A DNA stretch of 61,810 nt, the filler included, from Globobulimina sp. (lineage: Eukaryota): NCBI GenBank assembly GCA_003354225.1. It is 12 parts of 12 records of this genome, joined end to end, with 100 filler letters (N's around TTAATTAATTAA, not from the genome) between each part and the next. Parts side by side here need not be neighbours in the genome. Positions count along the whole stretch, not along the records: positions 46,451 to 51,505 come from PIVH01000756.1; positions 51,606 to 56,660 come from PIVH01000757.1; positions 56,761 to 61,810 come from PIVH01000758.1; 9 more parts are not named here. One strand, given 5' to 3'. Positions 47,471 to 60,614 of this stretch are shown here, piece after piece. Made by a program: the position numbers and the translations under genes. Numbering within the stretch: the stretch's first letter is position 1; each line of letters opens with the position of its first letter. The notes beneath the pieces were generated by a model. The model did not search any database. It was given only the letters and a program-made list of their open reading frames with translations, and was not told where the DNA came from.

Positions 47471-48193
47471 ATGAAAGCGCGTAGTATTGCTCTGCATAAT
47501 TTTGTATATGGTTTGCATTATTGCACATTGATATATGTATTGTTTATGAGAGTTAAAGTTTCATTCGATGGGACATCATATGGTTTATGTGTTTCTTTGT
47601 TTGTATTGATTTTGCTGATTGTATTTATTATTTTTAATCACATCATTGTTGCATTGGCACTCTCTTTAATATGGGTGTTATTATTTTGCAGCGGTATTGT
47701 ATATCAGACGTTATTTGTATTATTTGTCACCAAATTAAAAAGATTGGTCAAGGTTGAAGGCGCTGATAATGAGCCATTAAGAGATATTATAATGAAAAAT
47801 GTTGTTTTGTCAGGTGTTGTACATTACATTATGTTGACTTGACCATATTGTGATTGTGCATTAAGTATAACTCACAACATAGGATTCAGTACTATTGGTA
47901 CATGTACATGGCTTATGGTGTTGCTATTATTTTTTTTACGCTGGGTATAATTTATATGGTTTGGCTGAAAATATTGATGTATTTGTGAACTGTATGCTAT
48001 TTATCTGACTATGAAGAAAACACATAAAACGTATTTGAAACTATGTGGAAGGATACATAATCTTTGTGCTAATGAATGCTGTGGCTATAAAACTGAGAGT
48101 AAAGACATGAATATGATTGTAAAGAGCATTGAGTTGCAATCTGGTTCAGCTGCAGCATCCACTGTCGGTACGTGCACTGATGATACGGTTTAA
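47471..48193 (+). pseudogene. Stand-alone 7TM receptor-like gene of the same type as the ART-fused one, frameshifted
   Basis: RVKVSFDGTSY, LFVTKL, KNVVLS and, after manual frame joining, D.FVNC..IYLT, then HKTYLKLCGRIHNLC. These parallel KLEDVYKDTF, LFNMKL, KQTNL, IYLTF and HYKTCCKYSHFCC. Two frame breaks near 47930-48000. Confidence 0.55.
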
Positions 48194-48424
48194 ATGATAC
48201 GGTACGTGCACTGATGATATGACATCACTAAACGACCTTCATTTGATTATTCAGCAAATTATTACCATACACAATGTGATAGAATCATATGCCGAATTTT
48301 TTGTTGACTTTTCAAAAAAATGTTTTGTGATGTTTTTTGAATTAGTGTGTTATGCAATTTTGTACAGTACATGTTAGATATCTGATTGGACAGAAACATG
48401 TTCTGAGTCACGGAAAACCGCATT

Positions 48425-49387
48425 TTGATAATGAGCTATTTGAGAAAAATGGCGTACTTTAATTTGTATGACAGTCATTTGAGAGATTTATTAGTCACTG
48501 GATATGTCAGAGCATTGAGAGGAATAGTTAACGTTAATATGGATAATAAATCTATATATTCGATAATAGCATCATTTTACCCGCCTTATTATCCAAAATG
48601 GATTGTTATGGATGAGGATAAAAATGTGGATGATTATAAAGGTGAAATAGCATTTGGTGACATTGTATCCAGAGCGCCACATAGCAACAGGTCCAGTTCA
48701 TTTAGTGTTGTTTCTGCAGATAATACGTTGATTGAAGTCGGAAGAATATGGAGTTTTAGCTGTGGCCCACGGAGTTCTTTTCTAAATATAAAAATTCCAT
48801 ATGAAATATGTAACCGTTTGTTAAATGCAGTTGAATTTTATTCCAAATTAGATGAAACTGGCATGTTTGCAAATGGTATGGATCGATATGGTGTGAGTCT
48901 TAAGGTGCGATATAATGATGATTTTATAATAAAAACATTTGGCGCTCCGTTAGATAGTAAATATAAAGAAATTACTGTTGGTTTCGGTGGACATTCTGCA
49001 AAAAAGAATTATGGATTCAGAGCAGTCACAATTCATTTAACTGCAGAATTTATGAAATCTTTTAATGTGGAGACAATAAATAAATTCAAAATTACCAACA
49101 AAGATATTACAGCTTTTATGGATTTGCGAAAAAATGACAAAGGGGCAAAAAAATTGGTAAAATTTAAGGTTTATAAATCGGATAATTATGCAAATAATGA
49201 CACTCCGGATTTATATTCATCACAATGGGAAATGCAAAGTAATTGCAGTGATTATTATACGTTTATTGGACCAAAAAAAGAAAAAGCAGCGATGTTAGAT
49301 AAAATTAAGAAACATTATAAGAATAAATGTAGAATAAAAATGGATAGAATCAATGGTTTGGATTATTGTTCATCAACATATAAATGA
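48425..49387 (+). CDS. Hypothetical protein
   Basis: 320-aa ORF; no family recognised. Confidence 0.6.
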   Translation: MIMSYLRKMAYFNLYDSHLRDLLVTGYVRALRGIVNVNMDNKSIYSIIASFYPPYYPKWIVMDEDKNVDDYKGEIAFGDIVSRAPHSNRSSSFSVVSADNTLIEVGRIWSFSCGPRSSFLNIKIPYEICNRLLNAVEFYSKLDETGMFANGMDRYGVSLKVRYNDDFIIKTFGAPLDSKYKEITVGFGGHSAKKNYGFRAVTIHLTAEFMKSFNVETINKFKITNKDITAFMDLRKNDKGAKKLVKFKVYKSDNYANNDTPDLYSSQWEMQSNCSDYYTFIGPKKEKAAMLDKIKKHYKNKCRIKMDRINGLDYCSSTYK

Positions 49388-49512
49388 GGTTGTTGATAAA
49401 GATGTTAATATGCTCCAAACGGATCATGATGCATGTAACCAGACTTTACTTTTTTGATGAACTTTTTTGATGCGAGTTCTCAATTTCAAAGTGGTTTTTT
49501 TGTAAAGCTAAA

Positions 49513-50376
49513 ATGTCCAATGAATGTAAAGTCAACAACACTGCCAAACAGACAAAGAAACGCACCATCCATTACATTGTAGAAAATGAGAGTAAAAATG
49601 AAAATAAAACAGCCGGAGTGCAACGCTGGTTGCAGGAGAAAACATTAATGAATAAAATGTATAACGACAGCAATTTTAAATCGCTAAGCTCTCATTGTCG
49701 TTTAAAGAAAGAAATGAGTGAGGCATCATCGCAAATGGCAATGCTCGATTGGATATCTCGTAAATTCGATACACAAATAATGCAAAATGGCGGTAATGAT
49801 TATATCATTTTTGACATTTGTTCAGGAAAAGGATTTTTTGGTGTTTTAGTGTCACATATCTTGCCTAAATCAACTGTTATCTTAATGGATAAAAATAGGA
49901 AAATGAATATCAAGCATCTTGATTCATGTTCAAATGTAAAATTCCATATTTTAGATATCAGAGCGCATAAGTTTTCGTTATCGAAATGGATAAGAAGTGA
50001 ATTTTGCAAATATGAAAACAAAAAATTAATACTATTTGGGACGCATTTATGTGGCGAATTGTCACGAGTTGTGATTGATGCTTTTAATCAATTATCAGAT
50101 ATCGCATGGTGTTTGTTTTTAATTCCATGCTGTTTCCCTAAAAAAAACAAAATTGGGGATAAAGCAAAAGAACTACAAATGGATCCGATGGATTATTGGT
50201 TGGATTTATTGCAAAAACAAGTTGAAAATAAAAAGAATGATAACTTATTGTTGGAATGTATCAAATGTAATGACATGTTGTCGGAGAAAAATCATTTAAT
50301 ACGTATTGTGCGGCAAAACATGCATTGTAATGAATCCTTGTATGTGCCTAAAACTAAGAAACAGAAAGTAAAGTAA
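49513..50376 (+). CDS. Class I SAM-dependent methyltransferase (TRM13/METTL25-like motifs)
   Basis: IFDICSGKG, GTHLCGELS, LIPCC. Confidence 0.8.
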   Translation: MSNECKVNNTAKQTKKRTIHYIVENESKNENKTAGVQRWLQEKTLMNKMYNDSNFKSLSSHCRLKKEMSEASSQMAMLDWISRKFDTQIMQNGGNDYIIFDICSGKGFFGVLVSHILPKSTVILMDKNRKMNIKHLDSCSNVKFHILDIRAHKFSLSKWIRSEFCKYENKKLILFGTHLCGELSRVVIDAFNQLSDIAWCLFLIPCCFPKKNKIGDKAKELQMDPMDYWLDLLQKQVENKKNDNLLLECIKCNDMLSEKNHLIRIVRQNMHCNESLYVPKTKKQKVK

Positions 50377-50428
50377 ATTTAATTTTGTTTGAAAACTTGA
50401 AATGTATTAATTAACAGTAAATCACATC

Positions 50429-51505
50429 ATGTCAGCACTTGACAAAATTGATGAACATTTAGGACGTTACTATAAAAAGTTAGGGCGAAACGATTACTTC
50501 AATGCAAGCAATGTTGGAAAATTCAAAATATTTGCTGAGGTATGTTGGTACTACATTTATTATATAACGTTTTATATTAATCTGCATTTTAAACATCTAG
50601 GAATGTGGTATGAATACATATACAATGTTACTTTGTTAAATGTATCTTATTTGCAATTAATTCATAATTCACATAGCGTTTGATGACGATATTGTTGATG
50701 AATTGGCACAAACCTATGAGGAATGTACAGTGCTTGAATTTGATATGGACGATGATGGAAATAATAATTTCCCATTAGAAGAGTCGATGAGTGGTAGTGA
50801 TGAACGCAACGAAGAAATTCATCGGATTCTTAATGATATTGCAAAATACGGAGCTGCCACAAAGCCAGAAACAATGGAACTAAAAATTAATATTTGTGCC
50901 GATTTATCCGCCAAAGAATTGCAGACATTCACTGATAAATATGTATCACAGATCCATTCCTTGGGTAAGAAAGGAAAGAATTCAGATTTAAAGTATGTAT
51001 CAATGACACTGTCAACAATGCAATGACACTGTTTTTGTCTTTATATATAATATAGATATTATTTAGCTGTAGGTTTAAAACAAGAATATCCATTTTTAAT
51101 GTATCTGGTGAACATTTTTTCAAACGCAAAAGTAGAATATTTCCACAAATACAAGAAAGAGCTAACAATGTTAAAATGGACAAAGCATAATAACTTTTTC
51201 ACTGCATTGCAACAAAAATATCCGGACAAAGCAGCTCAATTAGAATCAGCAATGCAAACTTATAATAATCGGATAATGTGCAGGCTTCAATTCGAGCCAA
51301 CATATAAAGTCAATGATAGTTTGAAGCAAATCTCAGAATATATTGGCGCAGTGCCTATCTTTATAACAAAGTTAATTGCAATGAAGAATTCTACGCAACC
51401 CATTACCCCGCCATTCCAGGTTGATTTATTAATTGCAGTCAAAGGCGTTGTTGCGCAATTTGACCATGATAAGGATGGGGATTCTGATGAAGAGGACGAA
51501 GAAAA
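50429..51505 (+). CDS. Hypothetical multi-exon protein, partial
   Basis: Three ORF pieces separated by GTATGT...AG intron-like segments; truncated by the linker. Confidence 0.55.
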
Positions 51506-51605
51506 NNNNNNNNNNNNNNNNNNNNNNNNNNNNNNNNNNNNNNNNNNNNTTAATTAATTAANNNNNNNNNNNNNNNNNNNNNNNNNNNNNNNNNNNNNNN
51601 NNNNN

Positions 51606-53743
51606 TTTATTCAGAAAACAATTATGAAAGTCAGTATTTGTTGAATGATTACAATCATTTATTATTTGCACATAAAAATGAATTTGAAGATATTTATAAT
51701 GCATTGATAGAACATTGTTATAAAGATACAATATGCAACATATGCGACTGTATTATGATGAAACGGAATCAACGAAACAGATCAATCTATAAAACAAACG
51801 ATAAAAAATTAGAAGAAATGTATTTCAGTCAAAATGCAGTTAAACAGCAATTGCTTGATCGTGTCCATTCTTATTTTTTCCATACATTTGATATTGCATT
51901 CAAATTTACAATGAAAGAAAAGCAAACTATGTTGAGTACAGAATGTAAAACTGCTGCAAATGATAGCAATTCCACTCGTGATTTTAATGTGTGTCGCATT
52001 AATCAGCTCATAAAATCAAAACAAAATCTGTATCAAAACGCGGAAGGATTGGAAAGGTTAAATGGGAATTGTGACTACAATAAATTTATGTTGCAAACTG
52101 AAGAAAAAAAAGATTCACATACGGCCGATGCATATAGTTATGGCTACAGGTATTTTTATTGGGATTATTATAAAAATAATACCACTGTACAAGATGATGC
52201 GCATTATGCCAGTTACAATGTTTGTTGGTCAGTCCCCTCAGCAAACGACGTCAATTCAACTGTCGGTTTTTGGTACATCTCACAAAAATATGGTGATTTT
52301 AAACAGGAAATGTTATTTAATACAATATGTACTGTGAGTAAATTACAATGGATTAATTTGATGAAAACTGCCCAGGTTCATTTATTATCCAACATTGTCG
52401 GAGCAATGAGTTGTCCACGAACAAAATCAGCGGAGTATTATGGAATGAAAAGAGGAGATCCTGTCACAGCAAATCATTTAATAGCAATGATGCTGTATTG
52501 TAATTTTGATGTATGTTTATGATCATTTTTTTGCTGTTCTCAGCGTTATTTGTGTATCTTCTGAACATATACAAGAATAAAACAATGCATTATACAGGAA
52601 CTTCAATTTAGATTTTCACAAACATTTCGTCACGAAAATCCAAATGAAACTGATGAAGCAATGAAAAATCGCCACAGAAATTATTGTTTTTTGGGGAAAT
52701 TACTGCGTGAAATGGTTGAATGTTTTGGCTTACAATTTGCTGCTAAATCACATATTACATTGTTTCATGGCGTAAATAAATATTTTACATTTTCATCAAT
52801 GTCTGCATATATTAAAGGTCCATTAAGCGCCACAACTAAGTTTAGTGTAGCTGCTGTTTTCAGCGATCAGAGAGGAATGGTGTTGGAACTCGATTTGGAT
52901 CCAATGGATTGGCGATTTGCTTACAATGAAGATGCAGATACTTTAAAACGTATTTGTTGTGTTGATTGTTCGTGGATAAGTGCGTATAGCTCGGAACAAG
53001 AAGTATTTTTCATTGGTGGTTTGTATCGTTTTACGTTCAACACAATTATTGAATGTCCGAGTAATAATTATATTGAATATATCGAAGGATTGAAACAAAT
53101 GTGTTATTGTATGGGTATTAATAGTTATTATGATATTGCAACTACAAAAGATGAAAAGCAAATGGTGTTTAGATTATTATCTCACGAATTAAGCAGATAT
53201 TATCCAAATCATAAACATGCCCATGAGTTTGTGAGTTGTCCTGCTTATTTCAAAAATTTATTACATAGACACTGCCAAAATATTTCACGTATGCATTTTT
53301 CTGGAAATGAGCTCGAGAGTAAAGTGCATGAATATTTGTTCAAATTTGATGATGGCTGGATTAATATTAATTTGATAACGACATTATTCCCAAATATTCA
53401 ATGTATTGGATATGATGCAACGAAAATGAATATTTCCTTTTTGAAACAATCATCAATTTACAAATCGATGTTAGGATTCTTGAAATATAAACATTCAACA
53501 ACGGAATTAAGAGTGGTTCAAATGATTTGTTTACCAAAATACGTAGAGGAAATGGGAAAATATACAGAGTTTTATCAAAAAGATTTTTTGCAATATGGGT
53601 GGATTGTTTATGCACAAGCACATGCGAAGGAAAATACTAATAAAGGATCTGAAGATAAAGTGATAGCGTTTTTGAGAATAGAAGCAATCAGAAATTTGCC
53701 GCATAACATGGCGGAAGCTGTTAGGTCACAGTATAATGTGTAA
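51606..53743 (+). CDS. Cys/His module + ART-like domain protein, 5'-partial, one intron (52511-52597)
   Basis: LNDYNHLLFAH, CNICDCIMMKRN, LDRVHSYFFH, YCNFD|ELQFRFSQTFR, LFHGVN, GPLSATT, SAYSSEQEVFFIGG, LFPNI. Confidence 0.8.
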
Positions 53744-53774
53744 TGTGTAATTAAGTTGACAGTTTTATTTCGCA

Positions 53775-55271
53775 ATGTTCTGTACGGACAATCCTTGTCT
53801 TGTTTTATTAATATGGATATTTATGTTGATTATCTCACCATTAGTCATTGTTTTAATGCTTTTATCATCCATCGTTTACCGAATTTATAATACAATAACC
53901 TGTCAATTAGTATGCTGTAATAAAATGGAGGATGAGTTCGGTGATAGATTTGATACTTCTGCGCAACATTATGATCATAAAAATGGAATTTTCCAAAATT
54001 ATTGGAATTCGTTTCAACAAATAAAATGGTATCAAGGGTTAATACTAATGCTGTATGATCTTCGTGCACCAAAAAAACTCGATTATGAATGTAATGAAAA
54101 AGCATCAAAAGATACGTTAGAATATGAAAGAATAAATTGGGATGAAATAAACTCATTCCATGCAGATAATAATTGTAATAATAAAATAAATTATGTATGG
54201 TTTGGCCACTCGTCGTGTTTAATTCAAGTGGATGGTTTTAACATATTAACAGATCCAATATTTAGTGATCGATGCAGTGCCTTTCAATTTATGGGACCCA
54301 AAAGATTTGACAAGATTGCGTCATATCGAGATGATATTTATAAATCATTGCCAATTATTGATGTTGTGGTAATATCGCATGATCACTATGATCATTTGGA
54401 TTATAATACAGTAAATATATTGAATAAAGCAAATAAAATAAAATATTTTGCTGTGCCGTTACGAATCAGATCGTGGTTAATTAAGAAATGTAACATCTCA
54501 GCAAATAAAATAATTGAATTAGATTGGTATTATTCAACAATAATAAATAAAAAAGGTACAGTACTGTAAATTGTAAAATATGTTTTGTTTCTACATACGT
54601 TGACAATTAATATCGCCATAAAAGGATTTAATTCGAAAGAGTTTGAAATAAGAAAAGAAAGCATCCTAAATATTAACAATAACAATAATAATAGTGATGA
54701 TAGCGGATATTATCAAGCTTTGTATGAAAACGAAGAAGCAAAAATAAGTGATAATGAGTGTGGTTTAATGGATGATGAATTAAAATTAATTTGTGTTCCA
54801 ACGCAGCATTTTAGCGGAAGGACATTATACGATCGATGTTATCGTTTATGGTGTGGATGGATTATAATTTCCAAGAATAATAAAAAAATATATTTTGGTG
54901 GTGATACCGGATGTTGTTCTGTGCCAAGAAAAGACAATTTGTTACACGATGATTGTGACGAATTAAAATGTTGTCCGGTTTTTGCAGAAATTGGTGATAA
55001 ATATGGTCCGTTTGATTTAGGTTTAATACCAATTGGCGCATATTCACCGCGATGGTTTATGAGCCGCGTTCATTTGAATCCATTTGATGCATGTTTTGTT
55101 CATCAAAAAATTAAATCAAAAAAATCGATTGCAATTCATTGGGGCACATTTTATTTGACTGATGAGGATTATGATGAACCACCAAAAAAATTGGAGCAAG
55201 CAAAGGGAAAATATAACATTAAAGAAAATGATTTTGTTGTTGTCAAACATGGTTCAATCACACAAATATAG
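53775..55271 (+). CDS. NAPEPLD: N-acyl-phosphatidylethanolamine phospholipase D-like MBL-fold hydrolase
   Basis: WFGHSS, TDPIF, SHDHYDHLD, QHFSGR, GGDTG, PIGAY.PRW, HWGTF.L; one intron near 54556-54623. Confidence 0.88.
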
Positions 55272-55426
55272 ACGCTGCTCACTTGTTATTTATAGAATAT
55301 TATCGAGATATCAACATGTACCATTTTTCTTTGAGAGAGACACATATTCTTTTCAATACATCAGCCTTGCACAGACAGCTAGTACAGACAGGTTAGTCCA
55401 TCAAAAATTGTCACCGTTAATATTAA

Positions 55427-56473
55427 ATGCTGTCAAGCTTGCTCCATTTGCAAAGAACCGCTCGATTGTGCTGTATTGTTTATACTATACCAAAAGCTAC
55501 CTTTGCGAAATATGTAGTGAATCATGAATTTTTGGATAATGGACTCATTTCTCATCATCACGCATGGTTTTGGGGGTTATTCTTAACAGATGGTTGTGTT
55601 GATACTAAAGCAAATGGATATGCTTCGATCTTGCTTCAAATGGGATCAGAGATATGATGCTTATCCCATGTTAAATTCCATCAGAAAGATTACAAATAGC
55701 TCACACCCGATCAGCTTTGGACAAACTAAACGTAAATACTATAATTGCAAGTTTTACATCCATTCAAAGGCATTCACAACCTCAGTAATAAAGATGTTGG
55801 ATTGCAATCAACGAAGAAAAACATTCGATTTGAAATTTCCTGAGTTAATCGAACCAGAATATTTTCCGTCTCTTATTCGTGGCATTGTTGATGGAGATGG
55901 ATGTTGGGTCATCAATCAATATCATGGTGGAACAATGTGGTTGAAAATAACATCTGCCAATCAAATGTTTTTGGAATCCATTAAGGATGTGATCAATAAG
56001 TATTGTCTTAACACCAACGAAAATAGAGGGACAATATCACGTCGTGGAGATTGTAACTGTTATGACTTACAATATTTTAGTTCTATGGAATGCAAAACAA
56101 TCGGAGAATGATGTATCAACCTCAACATATCGATGATGGCATGTATTTGAAGAAGAAATATTCGAGGTATTTATTGTTGCAGAGCTTGTTTCCCTATGCT
56201 AAGTTCATGAAACCAGCTGACAGAATGCCAATCACGCAGCAATTTATGAAGGACGAAGCCAAAGAACAAATAAACACATTGAATTCACTAATATTGATGA
56301 GTAAAAATCAAATTATGACACCTGAACATTTTAGATTTGCTCCATCCTTTCATAAAGCTGTAGCATATCACCACACTGATTATACTAATTGTCAAAATCA
56401 TTGTCGCTCAGTTTCTTTTCATAATCATTGTCGTTTTTTAGGAATTCCAGGACTTTTAGAACTTTGCCTCTGA
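55427..56473 (+). pseudogene. Double-motif LAGLIDADG endonuclease-like gene with two frameshifts
   Basis: AWFWGLFLTDG and LIRGIVDGDG, with KTFDLKFP, ITSANQMFL and YLKKKY; frame changes at ~55625 and ~56110. Confidence 0.75.
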
Positions 56474-56760
56474 ACAGAAATCAATTGCTGGCTGACAAAA
56501 ACGTTATAAGGTAACAAATGCGTTGCTGTTTGACAGAAAACCCTGCTCAAAACCTTGAGAAACGTTTTTATCTGCAGCGGGACGGAAGAATCGCAAAGTT
56601 CCAAAATCCCAAAAGTCTATGGATCCTAAAACATGAACGACAATGATTATGAAAATATGTNNNNNNNNNNNNNNNNNNNNNNNNNNNNNNNNNNNNNNNN
56701 NNNNTTAATTAATTAANNNNNNNNNNNNNNNNNNNNNNNNNNNNNNNNNNNNNNNNNNNN

Positions 56761-57218
56761 ATTATATTTTTGATTCTTATCCATTATATTTACAAGATTT
56801 GATATTGGAATCATTAGATAAAAGTGGCGGTGTTTCGGATGTACATAATTTATCATATTTAGATATTACGGATAATCGAAATTTATTGAATGGTAAACTG
56901 ATTAATGCCTTTCCACATTTAACACATATTGAGATTTATTGTACTAATTGGAATGGATCTAAATCATATCAATTTGGTTTATGTGTATTATTGGATATTT
57001 TGAGTTTATTAGAAACAAGAAATAAAATAAAATGCTCCTTATATGGTGTATGGAAGGATTGGATGATGAGTGGAGGTCGAAGAAGTTGGCTTTTTTATGT
57101 GTATTCATCAATATCGTCATTATTAATCAGTAAATATAAAGAAATAACAACATCAATACAGGAAACAAGGGATGCACGTGGTATGAGACAAGATTTATTA
57201 ATATTTGAATGTGAATGA
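56761..57218 (+). CDS. C-terminal fragment resembling the tail domain of the ART-like family
   Basis: LINAFPHLTHIEIY resembles LKLFPNLEQIEYF and ITTLFPNIQCIGY. Confidence 0.45.
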
Positions 57219-57651
57219 ATATCTAAATTAATACGAATATTTTTCTTTTTCTTTTTGTGCTGTCTGTGTTTTATATTTTTCGTTTGTATTTTGTACTTTT
57301 CTTTTTTGCTCTTTTTGCCAAAATCTGTAACAGCGCCAATTCGCGCATAAACGTCAAGGGAGTTTTGGAAGTGGCTGTTAATTACTAGTAATGGCAAATG
57401 TATGCTACTCTATAAATTCTGTGAGTATTGCATTTGTAAATAATGTCTTAATAATGTAATGTGGACAGCATTCCAAGAACAGTTCTGTATCGATAACATT
57501 CACAGCGGCAGATTCAAAACGACAAATTCAATCAATACTTGGTAAAAATGCGAATGAGACCAAAAATAATAAAAATGCGGTTGCTTCACAGCGTAAACAA
57601 TTATTATCTGAAAAGCAGCAACTTTTAAAAGAAAAGAAGAAATTCAACGAA

Positions 57652-60340
57652 ATGAAACGCAAAAAATTGAGATCCCATTCAAATATAACAAAGCCGAAAA
57701 GCAGTAAAAAACACAAAAACAGCAATTATAAAAAATCAGATTTGCATTCACGAAATGATAAAATTGTCAAAGAACAACAAAAAATGTCGACTGAATGGAT
57801 GAAAATCAGCAAAGAAAAGGTTTTATTGTCAAACGAAAGCATCAAATTAAAAAAAGAAAAATTAAAATTATCCAAAGAACGCAAAGAAAATGACAAAGAA
57901 ACGAAAAGTGTAAATGAAGAAAAAAAGAAACTGCAAAACCTGCACAAAAAATGGAAACAAGAAAGTGAGTTTTTATTAAAACAAATCGAAGCAAAATATG
58001 CAACTTTTAATAGCATCAAAGACAAAAAAAAGAGCGATTCCTTTATCGAAGAAAGACGAAATTCGCTGGGAAAACATGTAAATAATTTATGTGATATGTC
58101 GACAATCAATCAAATCGACAATGAAAATGACGAAAAATATGACATTCCACTCTCTGATGATATATCTGGAGAAAGATTAAAATTGCAACGAATGCAAAAA
58201 GCTGCCAAGGTTATGCACAATATTTGAGTTTCAAACTGAGCACAATAAACATAGCAACATTGAACATCAACTTTGGCATAGTTTGAAACTGAAAATATAT
58301 CCTCGCACAAATGCAATGCAAACAGGACTCGCAAAAAAGAGCGGAAAAGACATTGAGCGAATTATACCGCAAAAAGCAAGAATTAAAAAAAGAACAAGCT
58401 CAGTTTGAGAGTGATCGATTGCGATTTAAGCGAATGGAGGTCGAATACAATCAATTTGTGAAAGAAAAGCAGCGCTTAAAAAAGGAGAAAAGAGACTTAC
58501 TCAAAACGCAAAAGACATTGATGGTCCACACCCAGAAAAAGAGCAGAATGCAATTAACGTCGGCCGCAGAACTCGAAAACGAGAAAAGTTTGCTCGCCAA
58601 AACCAAGAACGTATTGCAGCATAAACAAGGCATAATATCTAAGTATGAGCGCCTATCTGTGGCAAATCTCGGTGTTTCCTACAATGAGCAGCGCGAATAT
58701 CGCGACTTGAGGAAAAAAGTGGTAATGTACCAAGACCAGATCGATGCGCTGGAAAACCAAAATAAAATCTTACAGCGCAAAATCAAAAAACATGACAAGT
58801 TCGCCGCAAATTACGCGGAAGATATGTCATTGGGACAGAAGAATATGCAAAACACAAAGTATTTGATCTCGACGCTGCGCTCCAAAGTGATTGAGCTGCA
58901 AAGCCGGAATAAATTGTTAACGAAATTGATCAAACGGCACAAAAACGTCAACGATGCATACCAATCAGTCTCCGATTTGAAGCAGGCGCGCAAAATCATT
59001 ACTAAACTGGTGATCAAACGCGATGAGTTAATGAAGAGATTGAATGTATTGAGCCGCAAATTGCAGCGCAGGAAAGATCTGGGCGACAAATATCAGACGC
59101 AATTATATGAAATGTACGATGAGCCCGACGAGGATGAGAGCGATGAGGAGGAGAAGCGGAGAGATTTCCAGTTCGAAAGTATGAGTGCGGAGGAAACGCA
59201 GTCTTTGTACGAGAGTATGAAGGAAAAGATAACTGAGTTGGCGTTGGTGGCGGAAGAGATGGAGCAGAAACTGCAAGACCGCGAGACTGAGTTACTGCAA
59301 TTTGAGAGCTATGCCAATGAATGGGATATTAAGCAGCGTTTAGGCGATGATCGCGGCAAGGCATTGTACGGAAAGTTGCGAATTGGAAACGGCAAATTGC
59401 AGAACAAACTGGATGTGGTCTATACGCAGTTAGAGAAAGAAAAGGCGGCGGCCATGACCTGGCAGAGCACCATCGAGGACCGGTGTGTATTTTGTGTGCA
59501 TTGCACTGTGTTTTTGTTGATGTTGAATGCGTGGAATAATTATAAGGTTGTTGGGCGACGGCGGAGCGAGCGAGGAGCAGTCGATGTTAATCAATCAGTT
59601 GAAAGAAGAGAATAAGAAGTTATTGACACAGATCGAGTTCAATAAAGTGGAGGATGTCAAGGGCCACAAAGCCATCGCCATGGATATAAACGAACAGTTT
59701 GGAACGGGGCTATTTAATAATTTGCAGTACATTTTGATGGATGCGGACTTGAATAATGATGACATCTTAAAGTTGAAGATTAAGGATAAGAATGACGAGA
59801 TATATAAGGTTGTGCTGATTAAACAAAAGGGAGAAGTCCGCGATGACGGCCACGAGAAAAAGAAGGATGAAATGGATCGGGTTTTGGGAATGGTCGGCTT
59901 TGAACAGAAGAATATGGTGAATCGCTTGGACCGTATTAACGGAGTCATTGATGGCTATGGAGGCCGAATATTGCGCATCGTCGATATGTTGAGACATATT
60001 AAGGTACGGTTTATATTTAATTGTTTGTATGACATGAACTGAATGAATATTTGTGTAGAATTCGAGGAAAATATTAAGCGATGCAATCAGTGAAGAAAAT
60101 AAAAGTACGAAACCGAAATTTGATTTGGTTGTAAGTGAGTTGAGACAAATTAGTTTACCGTCGTCACCATCAAAGCGAGGATATTTATCGCCAGTGGACC
60201 CCCATCGTCATCATAAGACAATGCGGAGGTTTGTTAAAACGAATTATCGAAATGAGTCGATGGAAAGTTTGGACTCTGTTTATGACTTATCGCATGAAGA
60301 TAATCTCGCCAGTTTGGGAATGGATGTTGAAGTTAAGTGA
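57652..60340 (+). CDS. Long coiled-coil protein, multi-exon (start uncertain, further upstream)
   Basis: Successive K/E/Q-rich ORFs separated by GT-AG intron-like segments. Confidence 0.65.
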
Positions 60341-60614
60341 AAAAAAAACTTTTACGTTTCTGTTTTGCAAAAGTCCTTGAAATTAGAAATAATTTAAATA
60401 AAAAAAAAATACAATGCAATTTTGTCACTTGTCAGTTTTGATCTGTTGTATATTTTGTTTGTACATTGGTTGAGAATTGAATAGATACAACATACGAATT
60501 AATTTGATTGATGTAGTACAATTGTAACGAATTTGATTGATTTCAAGTATTTTGTATTGAATCCTTTATTTTGCGCGGGGATTACATTACAAATGACAGA
60601 AAATTATATAATTT

